From: Eledone cirrhosa
Taxonomy: Eukaryota
Assembly (NCBI GenBank): GCA_964016885.1
Contig: OZ024765.1
Span: 14,322,001 to 14,386,000 of the forward strand
Reading direction: 5' to 3'
Length of the DNA: 64,000 nt
A program made the position numbers and the translations under genes. Position 1 is the first letter of the stretch; each line of letters starts with the position of its first letter. Below, piece after piece: positions 1-14,382 of the stretch. The notes beneath the pieces are model-generated. The model did not search any database, had not been told where the DNA came from, and saw only the letters and a list, made by a program, of their open reading frames with translations.

Positions 1-990
1 TGTTGGTGGTGGTGGTGTTATGGCAGTGATGTTGTTGTTGTTATTGGTGTTGTTGTTGTTGTTGGTGGTGGTGGCAGTGGTGGTGGTGTTGGTGTTGGTA
101 ATGATGATGGTGTTGTTGTTGTTATTGACAGTGTCGAAACTGATGTTGGTGTCAAGGACAGGAAACTTGTTACATCTGACAACCACCACCACCACCACCA
201 CAACAACCACCACCACCACCACCACCGCGGCCGCCGCCACATCATCAACCATTACCACCACCACAACAACAACCACAACAACCACCACCACCACCACTAC
301 CACCACAGCATCAACAACCATTACTACCACCACCACCACAACAACAACCATTACTACCACCACTACCACCACAACATCAACAACCATTACCACCACCACC
401 ATCACAACAACAACCACAACAACCACCACCACCACTACCACCACAACATCAACAACCATTACCACCACCACCATCACAACAACAACCACAACAACCACCA
501 CCACCACTACCACCACAACATCAACAACCATTACCACCACCACCACAACAACAACCACAACAACCACCACCACCACCACTACCACCACAGCATCAACAAC
601 CATTACTACCACCACTACCACAACAACAACCACCACTACCACCACAACATCAACAACCATTACCACCACCACCACAACAACAACCACAACAACCACCACC
701 ACCACCACTACCACCACAACATCAACAACCATTACCACCACCACCACAACAACAACCACAACAACCACCACCACCACTACCACCACAACGTCAACAACCA
801 TTACCACCACCACCACAACAACAACCACAACAACCACGACCACCACTACCACCACAACATCAACAACCATTACCACCACCACCACAACAACAACCACAAC
901 AACCACCACCACCACCACTACCACCACAACAACAGCCACCCACCACAACAACAACACCACTACAACAACCACATCAACAACACCCACAAC
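1..990. repeat. (GGT/GTT)n then (ACC/ACA)n trinucleotide low-complexity tracts in opposite orientation
   Basis: Direct inspection; ~55-bp unique island at ~125-180 separates the two orientations; explains the poly-Thr ORF 20..1024. Confidence 0.95.
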
Positions 991-1189
991 ACAAGTCTCT
1001 CCTTATAGCAACATAGATAAATAAATAAGTAAACACACACATACACACACATATATATAGGGAAAAGCGGACATAAAATGATGATGATATATACACACAC
1101 ACACACACACACATATATGTGTGTATGTATATATATATATATATATATGTGTGTATATATAAATATATATGTGTATATAAATATATATA

Positions 1190-1245
<56 letters not shown>

Positions 1246-1251
1246 TATATA

Positions 1252-1301
<50 letters not shown>

Positions 1302-1307
1302 CGTGTG

Positions 1308-1402
<95 letters not shown>

Positions 1403-1527
1403 ATATATATATGTGTGCGTGTATATATTATGAAGAAGGCAAAATGGGTCACAGCAAGAACACATTACAAGCTTAAGAGTGTATATAAATGTTTATATAC
1501 ATTGGTTTGTATATATCTACGTATATA

Positions 1528-1559
<32 letters not shown>

Positions 1560-1793
1560 CATGCATATATATATATATACATATATCATCATCAACATAT
1601 ATATATACATATATCATCATCAACATATATATATATATATATATATACACATGTATATATATGTGTTATATATATATATATGTGGTATATCTATATGTGG
1701 TATATATATACATGTATATATATATATGTGTTACATATATGCGTATTTATATATATATATATTTATATATATATGCGTATTTATATATATATT

Positions 1794-1839
<46 letters not shown>

Positions 1840-2055
1840 CCACATACATATATTCATATTTAAGTATATATTTTTCTCAAGTATTTACTGAAATAAGTTC
1901 TACTTATAGTGTATATATTCTAAAAAAAATAAACAAAAACAACATAGGTGCAGGCAGGCCTGTGTTGTTAAGGAGTTCTCTTCACAACCACTTGGTTTTA
2001 AGGTTTTTTCTCACTGAGTGTCCCCTTAGACAAATGTCTTCGATATATATATATA

Positions 2056-2238
2056 TGGAGGTTGATGGAAACCGCGGAGTGGGGAGACCCAAGATGACTT
2101 GGGATGAGGTGATAAAAGCCGACCTTATCCAACTACACCTCTCAAAGTCAATGACACACGACCGTGACTTCTGGCGTCACGCAGTAATACAGGGTACCCG
2201 ACCTCCCATGGGTACATGCTGAAGCATATAAACAATAT
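2056..2238 (+). mobile_element. RTE-clade LINE 3' end fragment
   Basis: Encodes [36 protein letters not shown] (RTE C-terminal GRP..W..D motif); near-identical to 29702-29880 on the minus strand. Confidence 0.85.
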
Positions 2239-2324
2239 ACATGTTTTACCATATATATATATATATCTATCTATCTATATATCTATAGATATATAGATAT
2301 ATATATATCTATCTATATATCTAT

Positions 2325-2368
<44 letters not shown>

Positions 2369-2376
2369 ATATCTAT

Positions 2377-2417
<41 letters not shown>

Positions 2418-2869
2418 TATATATATATATATATATGTAGTAATAATAATAAAATTGAAGACTAAAATCCAAAGAGGGCTCGATAAGGAAAATATATATC
2501 AAATATATAAGAACCGTAGAGCAAATATTTATTAAAATAACAGATTAAAGTTTAAGCAAAGAATCGCTGCTTTCACCCTTAACGGGATCTTCTGAACCCT
2601 AACAAAGTCAATCTGTAAACGCGAACGTTACCACGAACCAAAGTATCGTCTTCCTGTCTTCCTCCGGTTGCAACGTTTTTTGAAATATTCACTTCTGCGT
2701 TCACAGATTGACTTTGTTAGTTTCAGAAGAACCCGTTAAGGGTGAAAGCAGCGATTCTTTGCTTAAACTTTAATCTGTTATTTTAATAAATATATATATA
2801 TAATATATATATATATAGTGAAATAAAATAACAAGGACGATTGGTTACTCCTTCATTACATTTATTGGT

Positions 2870-2956
2870 TGGTGACACGCGTTTCGCCACTGATCAGCTC
2901 AGGGTTCGATCTGTATCGATCCATCCCGATTCTGTAATCCGCGGCTCGTCAGACCC
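2870..2956 (-). ncRNA. Type I minimal hammerhead ribozyme (Penelope-like element type)
   Basis: Minus strand GGT-CTGACGA-GCCGC...GTGGC-GAAAC-GCGT-GTC-ACC: intact core, stems I and II, GUC cleavage triplet, palindromic stem III loop. Confidence 0.8.
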
Positions 2957-3014
2957 CTTATAATGGTAATGGGATATATATATATATATTTGTATATATA
3001 TATATTATTGAGTA

Positions 3015-5598
3015 ATGCTGAGGATGGCTCTGATTATTAATCAGTATACACTGAGGACGAAGAACTCAGAGCTGTACGGAAGCCTCGCAAAAGTCAGCTC
3101 AAAAGTAACACAGAGGAGACTGAGGTTAGCTGGACATGCTTACCAACATCCAGAGTTGACACTGCACTCAGTGGTCCTGTGGGAGCCCCTGCATGGCCAC
3201 ACTAGGTTAGCTGGACATGCTCACCGACATCCAGAGTTGACACTGCACTCAGTGGTCCTGTGGGAGCCTCTGCATGGCCACACTAGGTTAGCTGGACATG
3301 CTCACTGACATCCAGAGTTGACACTGCACTCAGTGGTCCTGTGAGAGCCTCTGCATGGCCACACTAGGTTAGCTGGACATGCTCACTGACATCCAGAGTT
3401 GACACTGCACTCAGTGGTCCTGTGAGAGCCTCTGCATGGCCACACTAGGTTAGCTGGACATGCTCACCGACATCCAGAGTTGACACTGCACTCAGTGGTC
3501 CTGTGGGAGCCTCTGCATGGCCACACTAGGTTAGCTGGACATGCTCACTGACATCCAGAGTTGACACTGCACTCAGTGGTCCTGTGGGAGCCTCTGCATG
3601 GCCACACTAGGTTAGCTGGACATGCTCACTGACATCCAGAGTTGACACTGCACTCAGTGGTCCTGTGAGAGCCTCTGCATGGCCACACTAGGTTAGCTGG
3701 ACATGCTCACTGACATCCAGAGTTGACACTGCACTCAGTGGTCCTGTGAGAGCCTCTGCATGGCCACACTAGGTTAGCTGGACATGCTCACTGACATCCA
3801 GAGTTGACACTGCACTCAGTGGTCCTGTGAGAGCCTCTGCATGGCCACACTAGGTTAGCTGGACATGCTCACTGACATCCAGAGTTGACACTGCACTCAG
3901 TGGTCCTGTGAGAGCCTCTGCATGGCCACACTAGGTTAGTTGGACATGCTCACCGATATCCAGAGTTGACACTGCACTCAGTGGTCCTGTGAGAGCCTCT
4001 GCATGGCCACACTAGGTTAGCTGGACATGCTCACCGCCATCCAGAGTTGACACTGCACTCAGTGGTCCTGTGAGAGCCTCTGCATGGCCACACTAGGTTA
4101 GCTGGACATGCTCACTGGCATCCAGAGTTGACACTGCACTCAGTGGTCCTGTGAGAGCCTCTGCATGGCCACACTAGGTTAGCTGGACATGCTCACTGAC
4201 ATCCAGAGTTGACACTGCACTCAGTGGTCCTGTGGGAGCCTCTGCATGGCCACACTAGGTTAGCTGGACATGCTCACCGCCATCCAGAGTTGACACTGCA
4301 CTCAGTGGTCCTGTGGGAGCCTCTGCATGGCCACACTAGGTTAGCTGGACATGCTCACTGACATCCAGAGTTGACACTGCACTCAGTGGTCCTGTGGGAG
4401 CCTCTGCATGGCCACACTAGGTTAGCTGGACATGCTCACTGACATCCAGAGTTGACACTGCACTCAGTGGTCCTGTGGGAGCCTCTGCATGGCCACACTA
4501 GGTTAGCTGGACATGCTCACTGACATCCAGAGTTGACACTGCACTCAGTGGTCCTGTGAGAGCCTCTGCATGGCCACACTAGATTAGCTGGACATGCTCA
4601 CTGACATCCAGAGTTGACACTGCACTCAGTGGTCCTGTGAGAGCCTCTGCATGGCCACACTAGGTTAGCTGGACATGCTCACTGACATCCAGAGTTGACA
4701 CTGCACTCAGTGGTCCTGTGAGAGCCTCTGCATGGCCACACTAGGTTAGCTGGACATGCTCACTGACATCCAGAGTTGACACTGCACTCAGTGGTCCTGT
4801 GAGAGCCTCTGCATGGCCACACTAGGTTAGGTGGACATGCTCACTGACATCCAGAGTTGACACTGCACTCAGTGGTCCTGTGAGAGCCTCTGCATGGCCA
4901 CACTAGGTTAGCTGGACATGCTCACTGACATCCAGAGTTGACACTGCACTCAGTGGTCCTGTGAGAGCCTCTGCATGGCCACACTAGGTTAGCTGGACAT
5001 GCTCACCAACATCCAGAGTTGACACTGCACTCAGTGATCCTGTGGGAGCCTCTGCATGGCCACACTAGGTTAGCTGGACATGCTCACTGACATCCAGAGT
5101 TGACACTGCACTCAGTGGTCCTGTGGGAGCCTCTGCATGGCCACACTAGGTTAGCTGGACATGCTCACCGACATCCAGAGTTGACACTGCACTCAGTGGT
5201 CCTGTGAGAGCCTCTGCATGGCCACACTAGGTTAGGTGGACATGCTCACCGACATTCAGAGTTGATACTGCACTCAGTGGTCCTGTGAGAGCCTCTGCAT
5301 GGCCACACTAGGTTAGGTGGACATTCTCACCGACATTCAGAGTTGATACTGCACTCAGTGCTCCTGCGGGAGCCCCTAAACGGACACCAAGGTTAGCTGG
5401 ACATGCTCACCGACATTCAGAGTTGACACTGCACGGACACACTAGAAGAGGGAGACCGAGGTTGACATATATTGATGCCCTAAGGACAGACACTGGTCTC
5501 TTGGAGACGAAGGACATGGCAGCGATGATGAGGGACAGAGACTGTTGGAGAAAACTCGTCCATGGATCTCGAGAATTTTACCTACCCTACATAGATAG
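3015..5598 (+). mobile_element. RTE-clade LINE 3' fragment with an internal 81-bp tandem array
   Basis: MLRMAL..RRLRLAGHA..LWEP..GRPRLTYIDAL..DRDCWR; collinear with the single-copy version at 21703-22130. Confidence 0.9.
3123..5430 (+). repeat. 81-bp tandem array (~28 copies) derived from RTE ORF
   Basis: Unit aggttagctggacatgctcactgacatccagagttgacactgcactcagtggtcctgtgagagcctctgcatggccacact; period 3123->3204. Confidence 0.95.
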
Positions 5599-5638
5599 AT
5601 TAAGTAAAATGACAGCAGGTCGGACTGGTGAAATTCCC

Positions 5639-5720
5639 TCAAAGATTTATTTTAGCAAACACTATGTACATTTCAGTGGCCAGGTTACGTAAGATCCTGG
5701 CGACATCATCAGGTGTGTCT
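5639..5720 (-). CDS. Predicted last coding exon of an unidentified host gene ((R)DTPDDVARILRNLATEMYIVFAKINL*)
   Basis: Acceptor actcttacag|A; phase 2 matches the AG| end of exon 26567-26647; unique island; TGA at 5639-5641. Confidence 0.6.
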
Positions 5721-6061
5721 CTGTAAGAGTTCCATTTCAATCAATATCCTATTTCAATTGTATCATAAAACAAGGCCAGTTTAATGAGTTTCATAATAAA
5801 GAATTCAATATTTAGTCAAACAAAGAAAAAGTAAGTACTATGACAACACAATGATGTGTTGTTAACATCAGGTGTTATATAATGAAGGAATAAAGGAATA
5901 ATGGTATATATATATATATATATATTAAAATAACAGATTAAAGTTTAAGCACAGAATCGCTGCTTTCCCCCTTAACGGGATCTTCTAGGGTTCTTATATA
6001 TTTGATATATATTTATCCTTGTTGAGCCCTCTTTGGATTTTAGTCTTCACATTTACATTAT

Positions 6062-6109
<48 letters not shown>

Positions 6110-6333
6110 GTATGTAGTTGATGGCTGAGAGAAAAAAGTACTCAATACTGAAGTACAGTTTAAATATTCATTTTAATAAGGCTCTAGAATTTTACCTGCT
6201 CATCAGACATGGTCATCAGACATGGTCATCAGACATGGTCAGACATAGTCATCAGACATAGTACTTGTCTGAATACCATGTGAGAAGCAGGCAATTTCAG
6301 AGAAACCAGACTCACTATTTTGCCTTAATAAAA

Positions 6334-6379
<46 letters not shown>

Positions 6380-6451
6380 TAGAAGGGAATATTCAACTGA
6401 TAAGGTATGATTTTCTTCCTGGGTATGTCTCTATTTATAAAACAAACTTTG

Positions 6452-6514
6452 TGTTTTATCTGAAGAAAGCGTACCAAAGTGTTTTGGTGCCCTTGAAATA
6501 TATATAATAAAATA
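6452..6514 (+). ncRNA. Minimal type I hammerhead ribozyme motif
   Basis: TGTTTTAT-CTGAAGA-AAGCGTACCAAA..TTTGGTGCCCTT-GAAA-T-ATAT-ATA-ATAAAATA; in a short (TA)n-flanked insert. Confidence 0.7.
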
Positions 6515-6644
6515 AATATAGTTTTATAAATAAAGTTTTATAAATATAGTTTCGATTTATTTAATATCATTGTATATATACATATATATATTTATATATA
6601 TATATATATATCTTTTTTCTATACCTTTCATATATATATATATA

Positions 6645-6999
6645 CAATATTAAAAAACCAACCAGACTCACAATAAAGCACCTTCTGGAAAAATTCAACG
6701 AGAAGGGATGTGTACAGGATAACATTAAAGGTTGCAGTGGCTGGCCACGGTCAGTCAGGACAGAAAACCACATCACAAACTTCAATGTGCAAGTAGCCAC
6801 GGTGATTCAGCGCCAAGGAGCTTGGATCGAGCACATTATAAACTATTGAGCTGTGCTCGAAAATGGTGGTATGCGAGGAAAAAACTTACACCACACAAAA
6901 CTTACATGTCTGTAAATGAAAAAAACATTGTAAAGTTTTCCTTTCAATAGAAAATGCTACTTTATCAAAAATGGATACATCTTTTTTGGACCACCCTGT
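6645..6999 (+). mobile_element. Internally deleted Tc1/mariner-superfamily element
   Basis: Encodes KKPTRLTIKHLLEKFNEKGCVQDNIKGCSGWPRSVRTEN (HTH-type N-terminus); ends ...ttttttggaccaccctg-TA (CAGGGTG-type TIR). Confidence 0.6.
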
Positions 7000-7056
7000 A
7001 TATAAATATGTGTGTGTATATGTATCTCTCTCTCTCTCTCTCTCAATTATTATTAT

Positions 7057-7287
7057 TATTATTATTGTTTCTACTTCAGGCACAAGGCCAGCAATTAACC
7101 AGTGCATTACTGGTACTTTATTTTATCGACCCCGTAAGGATGAAAGGCAAAGTCAACCTCGTAGAAACAATTATTATTACGGGTTAACTTTGCCTTTCAT
7201 CCTTACGGGGTCGATAAAATAAAGTACCAGTAATGCACTGGGTAATTGCTGGCCTTGTGCCTAAAGTAGAAACAATTATTACTATTA
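7057..7287. mobile_element. Two SINE family A 3' halves in inverted orientation
   Basis: ctttgcctttcatccttacggggtcgataaaataaagtaccag and its reverse complement around a short spacer. Confidence 0.8.
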
Positions 7288-7429
7288 TTCTATATTCATT
7301 GCTCTACATCTCAGTCGTCCAATGGTTTTCTTCTCCACCCACTATTTGTTACAATAAATACTCCCAGGAGGTGACCAATTTCTTCCCCTCCCCCACCTGT
7401 CATGTGTTGTGGGGGTAGAGGAACACATA

Positions 7430-7450
7430 TGTATACATACATATATATAC

Positions 7451-7499
<49 letters not shown>

Positions 7500-8328
7500 C
7501 ATATACATATACATATATATACATATATATATACATATATATATATATATACACATATATACATATATATACATATATATATACATATATATATATACAT
7601 ATATATATACATATATATATACATATATATATACATATATATATACATATATATATACATATATACATAGAAGTATTATTATACAGATTAATATTGGAGA
7701 TTATATATATATATAATGTGTATATATATATAAATGTATACAGAGATACACACATATATATATGTATATATATTATATATGTATATATCTATATAGTACC
7801 ATGTATATATAAATAAAAGTTAACAGCTGTGAAGTTTTAAACAAGAGATGCTCTGAGTCATTCTTGAGACACACACAGGGGGGGATACACACACACACAC
7901 ACACACAGGGGACATACACACACACAGGGGGACATACACACACACACACACAGGGGACATACACACACACAGGGGGACATACACACACACACACACATGG
8001 GGGGACATACACACACAGGGGACATACACACAGGGGACATACACACACACACACAGAGGGGACATACACACACACACACAGGGGACATACGCACACACAC
8101 ACACACACACACACACAGGCGAGATACACACACATACAGGTATATGTGCATACACACACAGAGGGGGATACGTACACACACACACACAGGAATATATGTA
8201 CACACACGGACATTTGCACACACACACACACACACACAGGGGCATGCACACACATAGGGACACACACACAGGGACACACACACACACATAGGGACAGACA
8301 CATACACACAGGGACATGCACACACATA

Positions 8329-8378
<50 letters not shown>

Positions 8379-8600
8379 GACATGCACACACATAGGGACA
8401 GACACACACACACAGGGACATGCACACACATAGACACACACACACACACACACACAGGGACATGCACACACATAGGGACAGACACACACACACAGGGACA
8501 TGCACACACAGACACACACACACACACACACACACACGGGGACATGCACACAAACTGCCAAATATAATTTCTGCCTAATCTTAAAACTGACTAATAAACA

Positions 8601-8676
<76 letters not shown>

Positions 8677-9355
8677 ACACACACATACACACACACACAC
8701 AGACATCCCCCCACACACACAGACATACAGACAGACATACATGCACAGAGAGAGACAGCCCCACCCACACACACAGACACATGCGCAGACATACACAGTA
8801 CACAGCTTCATACTCATCATCATCATCAGCATACCCACCACAACCAACACCACCATAACCACTACAACCATAACCACAACCTCAACAACCACAACAACCA
8901 CCACAACCACCACCACCATAACCTCAACAACCACCACAACCACAACCACCATAACTCAAACACCACAACCACCACCACCACCACCACAACCTCAACAACC
9001 ACCACAACCACCACCACCATAACCATGGCACCTACACTACTACTACTACTACCACCTTGATGACACCTACACTATTACTACTACTACTACTACTACTACT
9101 ACCTTGATGGCACCTACACTACTACTACTACTGCCACCTTGATGACACCTACACTATTACTACTACTACCTTGATGGCACCTACACTACTACTACTACTA
9201 CTACCTTGATGGCACCTACACTACTACTACTACTACTACCTTGATGGCACTTACACTACTACTACTACTACCTTGATGGCACTTACACTACTACTACTAC
9301 TACTACCTTGATGACACCTACACTACTACTACTACCACTACCTTCATGGCACTTA
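7430..9355. repeat. Compound (TA/TACA)n, (CA)n-GGGGA, (ACC)n and (CTA)n micro/minisatellites
   Basis: Direct inspection. Confidence 0.9.
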
Positions 9356-9364
9356 CACTCGCTT

Positions 9365-9500
9365 GCTTCGACACATACAGAACATAAGCTGGCGGGCGAC
9401 ATCTGACTTTGAGAGAGATGTATGCCAGCCTCCCACGAATATCTGTTGTTGTATGTAAAAGGAGAGTAAGATTTGCTGGCCACTGCCCTCGTGCCACCTA
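9365..9500 (+). mobile_element. Degenerate RTE LINE fragment
   Basis: LPRISVVVCKRRVRFAGHCPRA motif. Confidence 0.65.
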
Positions 9501-10862
9501 CGATGATGATGATGATGATATATATAGGAAAAAGTATGACCCCGACGGCAGAGCTCAAGCCGTTTCGACGGTTATTTCCTATTGCCCACTCTACTACTCT
9601 AAGTATTGAGTACTCTGGTCCGTTACGGTCCATCTGGTTCCTTACCACAACCTCTTCGTTATATATATATATATATATATAGTAATAATAATAAATTTTA
9701 AGACTAACGGGATCTTCTGAAATAGAAGATCCCGTTAAGGGTGAAAGCAGCGATTCTTTGCTTAAACTTTAATCTGTTATTTTAATAAATTAATATATAT
9801 ATATATATATATATATTACTTTTGTCTATTTCTCTATTTCTTCTTTTCTATAATCCGATGAAGGACTAAAATCCAAAACATTAAGAGTATTTTCCTCCTA
9901 TATCAAGCATTAAAGTAATTTTTGATATTAAACTGGCTGAAAGTGATGCTAGTTTTATGATCGAAAGCTTCTTATTTTGATTTTTAACATCTTGTAATGA
10001 TTTAGCAGTAAATATCCTTAAAATGTTTACAGTATCAATTCTACAGAACAAACATATTGTGAAAATTACCAGCATTAGTGTCAAGACTTTAATTATTTAC
10101 TCGTAAAATCCAGTAATATTTAACAGAAAATATCTTCTTTCTTTTAAATGTGTTTTTCTTCAATGAAATATTTAGTTTCATTACCAACAGACAAACATAT
10201 CATTGTGAAAATTTGTAGTATTAATATCAAAATGTCAAGACTTTAATTTTTTACTTGTAAACTTGTAATCTATAAAATAATAAAGTAAGGAGTACAGGAC
10301 AGAATCAGTTTTATATTTTTTTTTATCCCATTAGTAAAATAAGTTGGATTACTTATAATAAATAATGAACGAATATTATATAATTTATCTACTAAATTTC
10401 GTTGCTGTTGATTAAATATATTTTGTTTATTTAAAGATTCATTTCTTTAAAATTTCTGAAATGTCAACACTTCCAGTTGGCCATCACTTAAATAAACATA
10501 CTAATTTTCCGTCACTAATTTTCTCCTAATACAGTTTATATATAATATCGTCTTTTTTAATGTATCATGGATTACGTTACTGATTACATAAGACAGTGTA
10601 ACGCAGTCTTCGTTCAATTTCTATGTATTATATATTGTCAATTACAATTTTATTTGATGTATCATATCTACATGTATATATACGTGGGCATAATATCAAT
10701 ATACACACTACACATGCTAGCAGAAAACCATGCGATGGATGGTTTTTCTGCTAGTATTACTTAATTTATCTACTAATTTGATAAAACATAAATATTCTTA
10801 TATATAAAGTATTGCTTATTTTAAGATTCACTTCTTTAAAATTTTCCAATGTCAACTCTTCC

Positions 10863-11215
10863 GTCACAAACAAGGACATATCCTCAATAGAATCACCCTG
10901 AACATGAACCATTTTGAAGATTTGCTGACCCCGGGGAAGAGGAGAAAGTTGAGGTGGTATGATGGTATGGGGTATGTAACAAAATTAGATGGACTCTCTA
11001 AGACAATTCTCCAAGGAACTGGGGGGGGGGGGTGAAGGCTGGGGGTAGACAGAGGAAGTGGTGGACAGATAACATTGCTGAGTGGATGGACAGGAAAGAA
11101 CTTTGCCACCACGAAAGCACTCACCCATGACCACCAGAGATGGGGGCAGCTGGCGCAGCGTTCAATACTGCAGTGTTCCAACGACCCCAAAGAGGGTTCA
11201 GGGACCATGATGACA
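10863..11215 (+). mobile_element. Degenerate RTE (BovB-like) LINE 3' fragment
   Basis: Frameshifted RRKLRWY..LSKTILQGT..GRQRKWWTDNIAEW..DHQRWGQL motifs. Confidence 0.7.
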
Positions 11216-11727
11216 TGACTTTAAGGGTTAACATGATGCAGTGATACTGCTGTTTTGCCACCACTAACACCACCACCACCACCACCACTAGACATCAAAA
11301 CTCTTACACTACAACCCACCACCACCGCCACTACCACCACCACCACTAGACACCAAAACTCCCACCACCACTGCCACCGCCATTAGACACCAAAACACCC
11401 ACCACCAACACTAGACACCAAAACACCCACCACCAAACCTGCCACCACCACCACTATTGTCTACTTCTCTCTCTCTCTCTCCTCGTTAAAAATTCCAACC
11501 CCATCCCTGTCCCATTTAAGTATTTCCTCAACACTTCTCCCCTTCATCTTATGACATCTCACTCCCCATCTTACTCTCTCTCTCTCTTTCCCCTCTCTTT
11601 TTGTTTTTTTCTATATCTTTATCTCTCTCTATTAACACACATATATATATATATATAAGATGTGAGAAAAACCACAGACCCTATATATATATATATATAT
11701 ATATATAACTAGATCTACCAACTCATA

Positions 11728-11912
11728 ATTGTTTCTACTTTTGGCACAAGGCCAGCAATTATCCTAGTGTATTACTGGTACTTTATTTGATCGACCCCGT
11801 AAGGATGAAAGGCAAAGTTAACCTCGGCGGGATTTGAACTCAGACCATAAAAAGCCGTAACTCTTTGCTGCAAAGCATGGTGTCCAACCCTCTACTGAGA
11901 CTGCCAATCCAA
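11728..11912 (-). mobile_element. SINE family A
   Basis: Reverse complement of the copy at 20622-20812. Confidence 0.85.
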
Positions 11913-12283
11913 TGCCTAATATTATAATAATCCAACTCATAATAATCCAACTCATAATATTATAATATCATAAAATTAAATCAAATTGTTTAGAACTACA
12001 AGTGAAGTCATTCTTTTCCTTTTTTTCAAATATATATACAGTATATATATATTTATTATAAGAACAGGTTAAAGTTTAAGCAAAGAATCGCTGCTTTCAC
12101 CCTTAACGGGATCTTCAGAAGATCCCGTTAAGGGTGAAAGCAGTGATTTTTTGCTTAAACTTTAATCTGTTATTTTAATAAATATTTGCTCTACGGTTTT
12201 TATATATATTTATATATATATTGAAAACTTCAACTGTTAAGGTATGTTCCTTGGCTATGTCAAAATTTATAAAACACACTTTG

Positions 12284-12345
12284 TATTTTATCTGATGAAA
12301 GCGTACCAAAGTTTTTGGTACCCTTGAAATATATATAATAGAATA
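12284..12345 (+). ncRNA. Minimal hammerhead ribozyme motif (same family as 6452)
   Basis: TATTTTAT-CTGATGA-AAGCGTACCAAA-GTT-TTTGGTACCCTT-GAAA-TATATATA-ATAGAATA. Confidence 0.7.
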
Positions 12346-12500
12346 TATATGGTTTTATAAATATAGTTTCCATTTATTTAATATCATTGTATATAATATA
12401 TATATATTTATATATATATATATTATCCTTATTAAGCCCTCTTGTGATTTTAGTCTTAACATTTATTATTATTACTATATATATATATATATATATATAT

Positions 12501-12830
12501 GGAGGCACATGGCTTAGTGGCCTTGCAATCGAAAGGTTGTGACTTCAATTCTCAGACTGGGTGATGTGTTGTTTCCTTGAGCAAGACACTTTATTTCACA
12601 TTGCTCCAGTTTACTCAGCTGTAGAAATAAGATGATAGGGACTGGGGTCCCTATCATTCCACTGCAAAGTGGTCGTGAAGGTGCCATGGCAAAAAAGCAC
12701 CCACCACTCACTGTAAATGAGGTTGGTGTTAGGAAGGGAATCCAGCTGTAGAAATCAAGCCAGAATCAGTTCCCGTCCCACCCTTACAAGCAGGGAAAAA
12801 GCGGACGCAAAATGAATGATGATGATGATG
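12501..12830 (+). mobile_element. tRNA-derived SINE family B
   Basis: A-box-like tggcttagtgg, degenerate B-box, central ccttgagcaagacactt, 3' aagcggacgcaaaa(tga)n tail. Confidence 0.85.
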
Positions 12831-12848
12831 ATACATATATATATACAC

Positions 12849-12879
<31 letters not shown>

Positions 12880-13230
12880 CATATACATATATACATATAT
12901 ATATATACATATATATATATATACACATATATATATATACACATATATATATACACATATACACATATATATATACACATATACACATATATATATATAT
13001 ATATATACACATATATATATATATATACACATATATATATATATATACACATATATATATATATACACATATACACATATATATATATATATATATACAC
13101 ATATATATATATACATATATATATATATATGTGTGTATATATGACGAGTTGTAGTGCACCTGAGCACTTTACACAATAATTTCATTATTATTATTATTAT
13201 TATTTTTTACATATATATTTATATATATAT

Positions 13231-13280
<50 letters not shown>

Positions 13281-13410
13281 ATATATATATATATACCCAT
13301 ATATATATATATACACACATATATATATATAAACACACATATAAATACATATATACACATATAAATATATATATATTTGCAAGCAGGGAAAAGCGGACGT
13401 AAAATGATGA

Positions 13411-13483
<73 letters not shown>

Positions 13484-13542
13484 TATATATATACATATAT
13501 ATATATACATATATATACACACATATATATATAAGTACACAC

Positions 13543-13573
<31 letters not shown>

Positions 13574-13756
13574 CATATATATACACATATATATATACAT
13601 ATATATACACACATATATATACATATATACACACACACATATATATATATATACACACACACATATATATATATATATACACACACACATATATATATAT
13701 ATATACACACACACATATATATATATATATACACACACACATATATATATATATAT

Positions 13757-13845
<89 letters not shown>

Positions 13846-13865
13846 CTGTATATATATATATACAT
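12830..13865. repeat. (TA)n/(TACA)n microsatellite
   Basis: Direct inspection. Confidence 0.95.
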
Positions 13866-14382
13866 ATCATATACTGAGTTAGAAACTCAAAATAGTCTCT
13901 TACAATTAAATAGCTCAAAGAAAGAAGTTTTTCTGAGCCGTGTAATATAATTGAACATACAAGAGAGATAAACACAAATATAAACATACGCGTGTTCGAA
14001 TTGTAAAGGACCAGGTGTGCTAGGGTGAAAAAATAGTAACTCTAACAATATGGTTTGCCAGACTTAATTTAAAGTAGTAAATCAAGAAAAAGAATAACAA
14101 ACCTATATTGGACAACTGCCTGAAAAAATATATATATACAAACATAATCAAGGTTTAGCAAATAAGAAAAAGTTTCAAAATAAATTAAAAAAAATTAAGT
14201 ATATATATATACATCACTCCCCTACACACCTTTTGAACTCTCACCTGAAGAAGGGCTTATGCCCGAAACGTCGTTCCCCACCTACCCCCCACTCTCCTGA
14301 GCGTGAATTTAATAAACATTTATCGTACTGCCTCTCTGTTCTGTCCCTGTTCAATTTTTCATTATATGTACATATATATATA

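Noticed and set aside
20-1024. Signal-peptide plus Thr-rich mucin-like ORF
   Set aside because: Trinucleotide microsatellites; no unique coding content
12115-12160. CAGAAGA..GAAA motif as a functional hammerhead
   Set aside because: Core U is replaced by A and no stem I or III pairing found; kept only as a note in the fold-back finding
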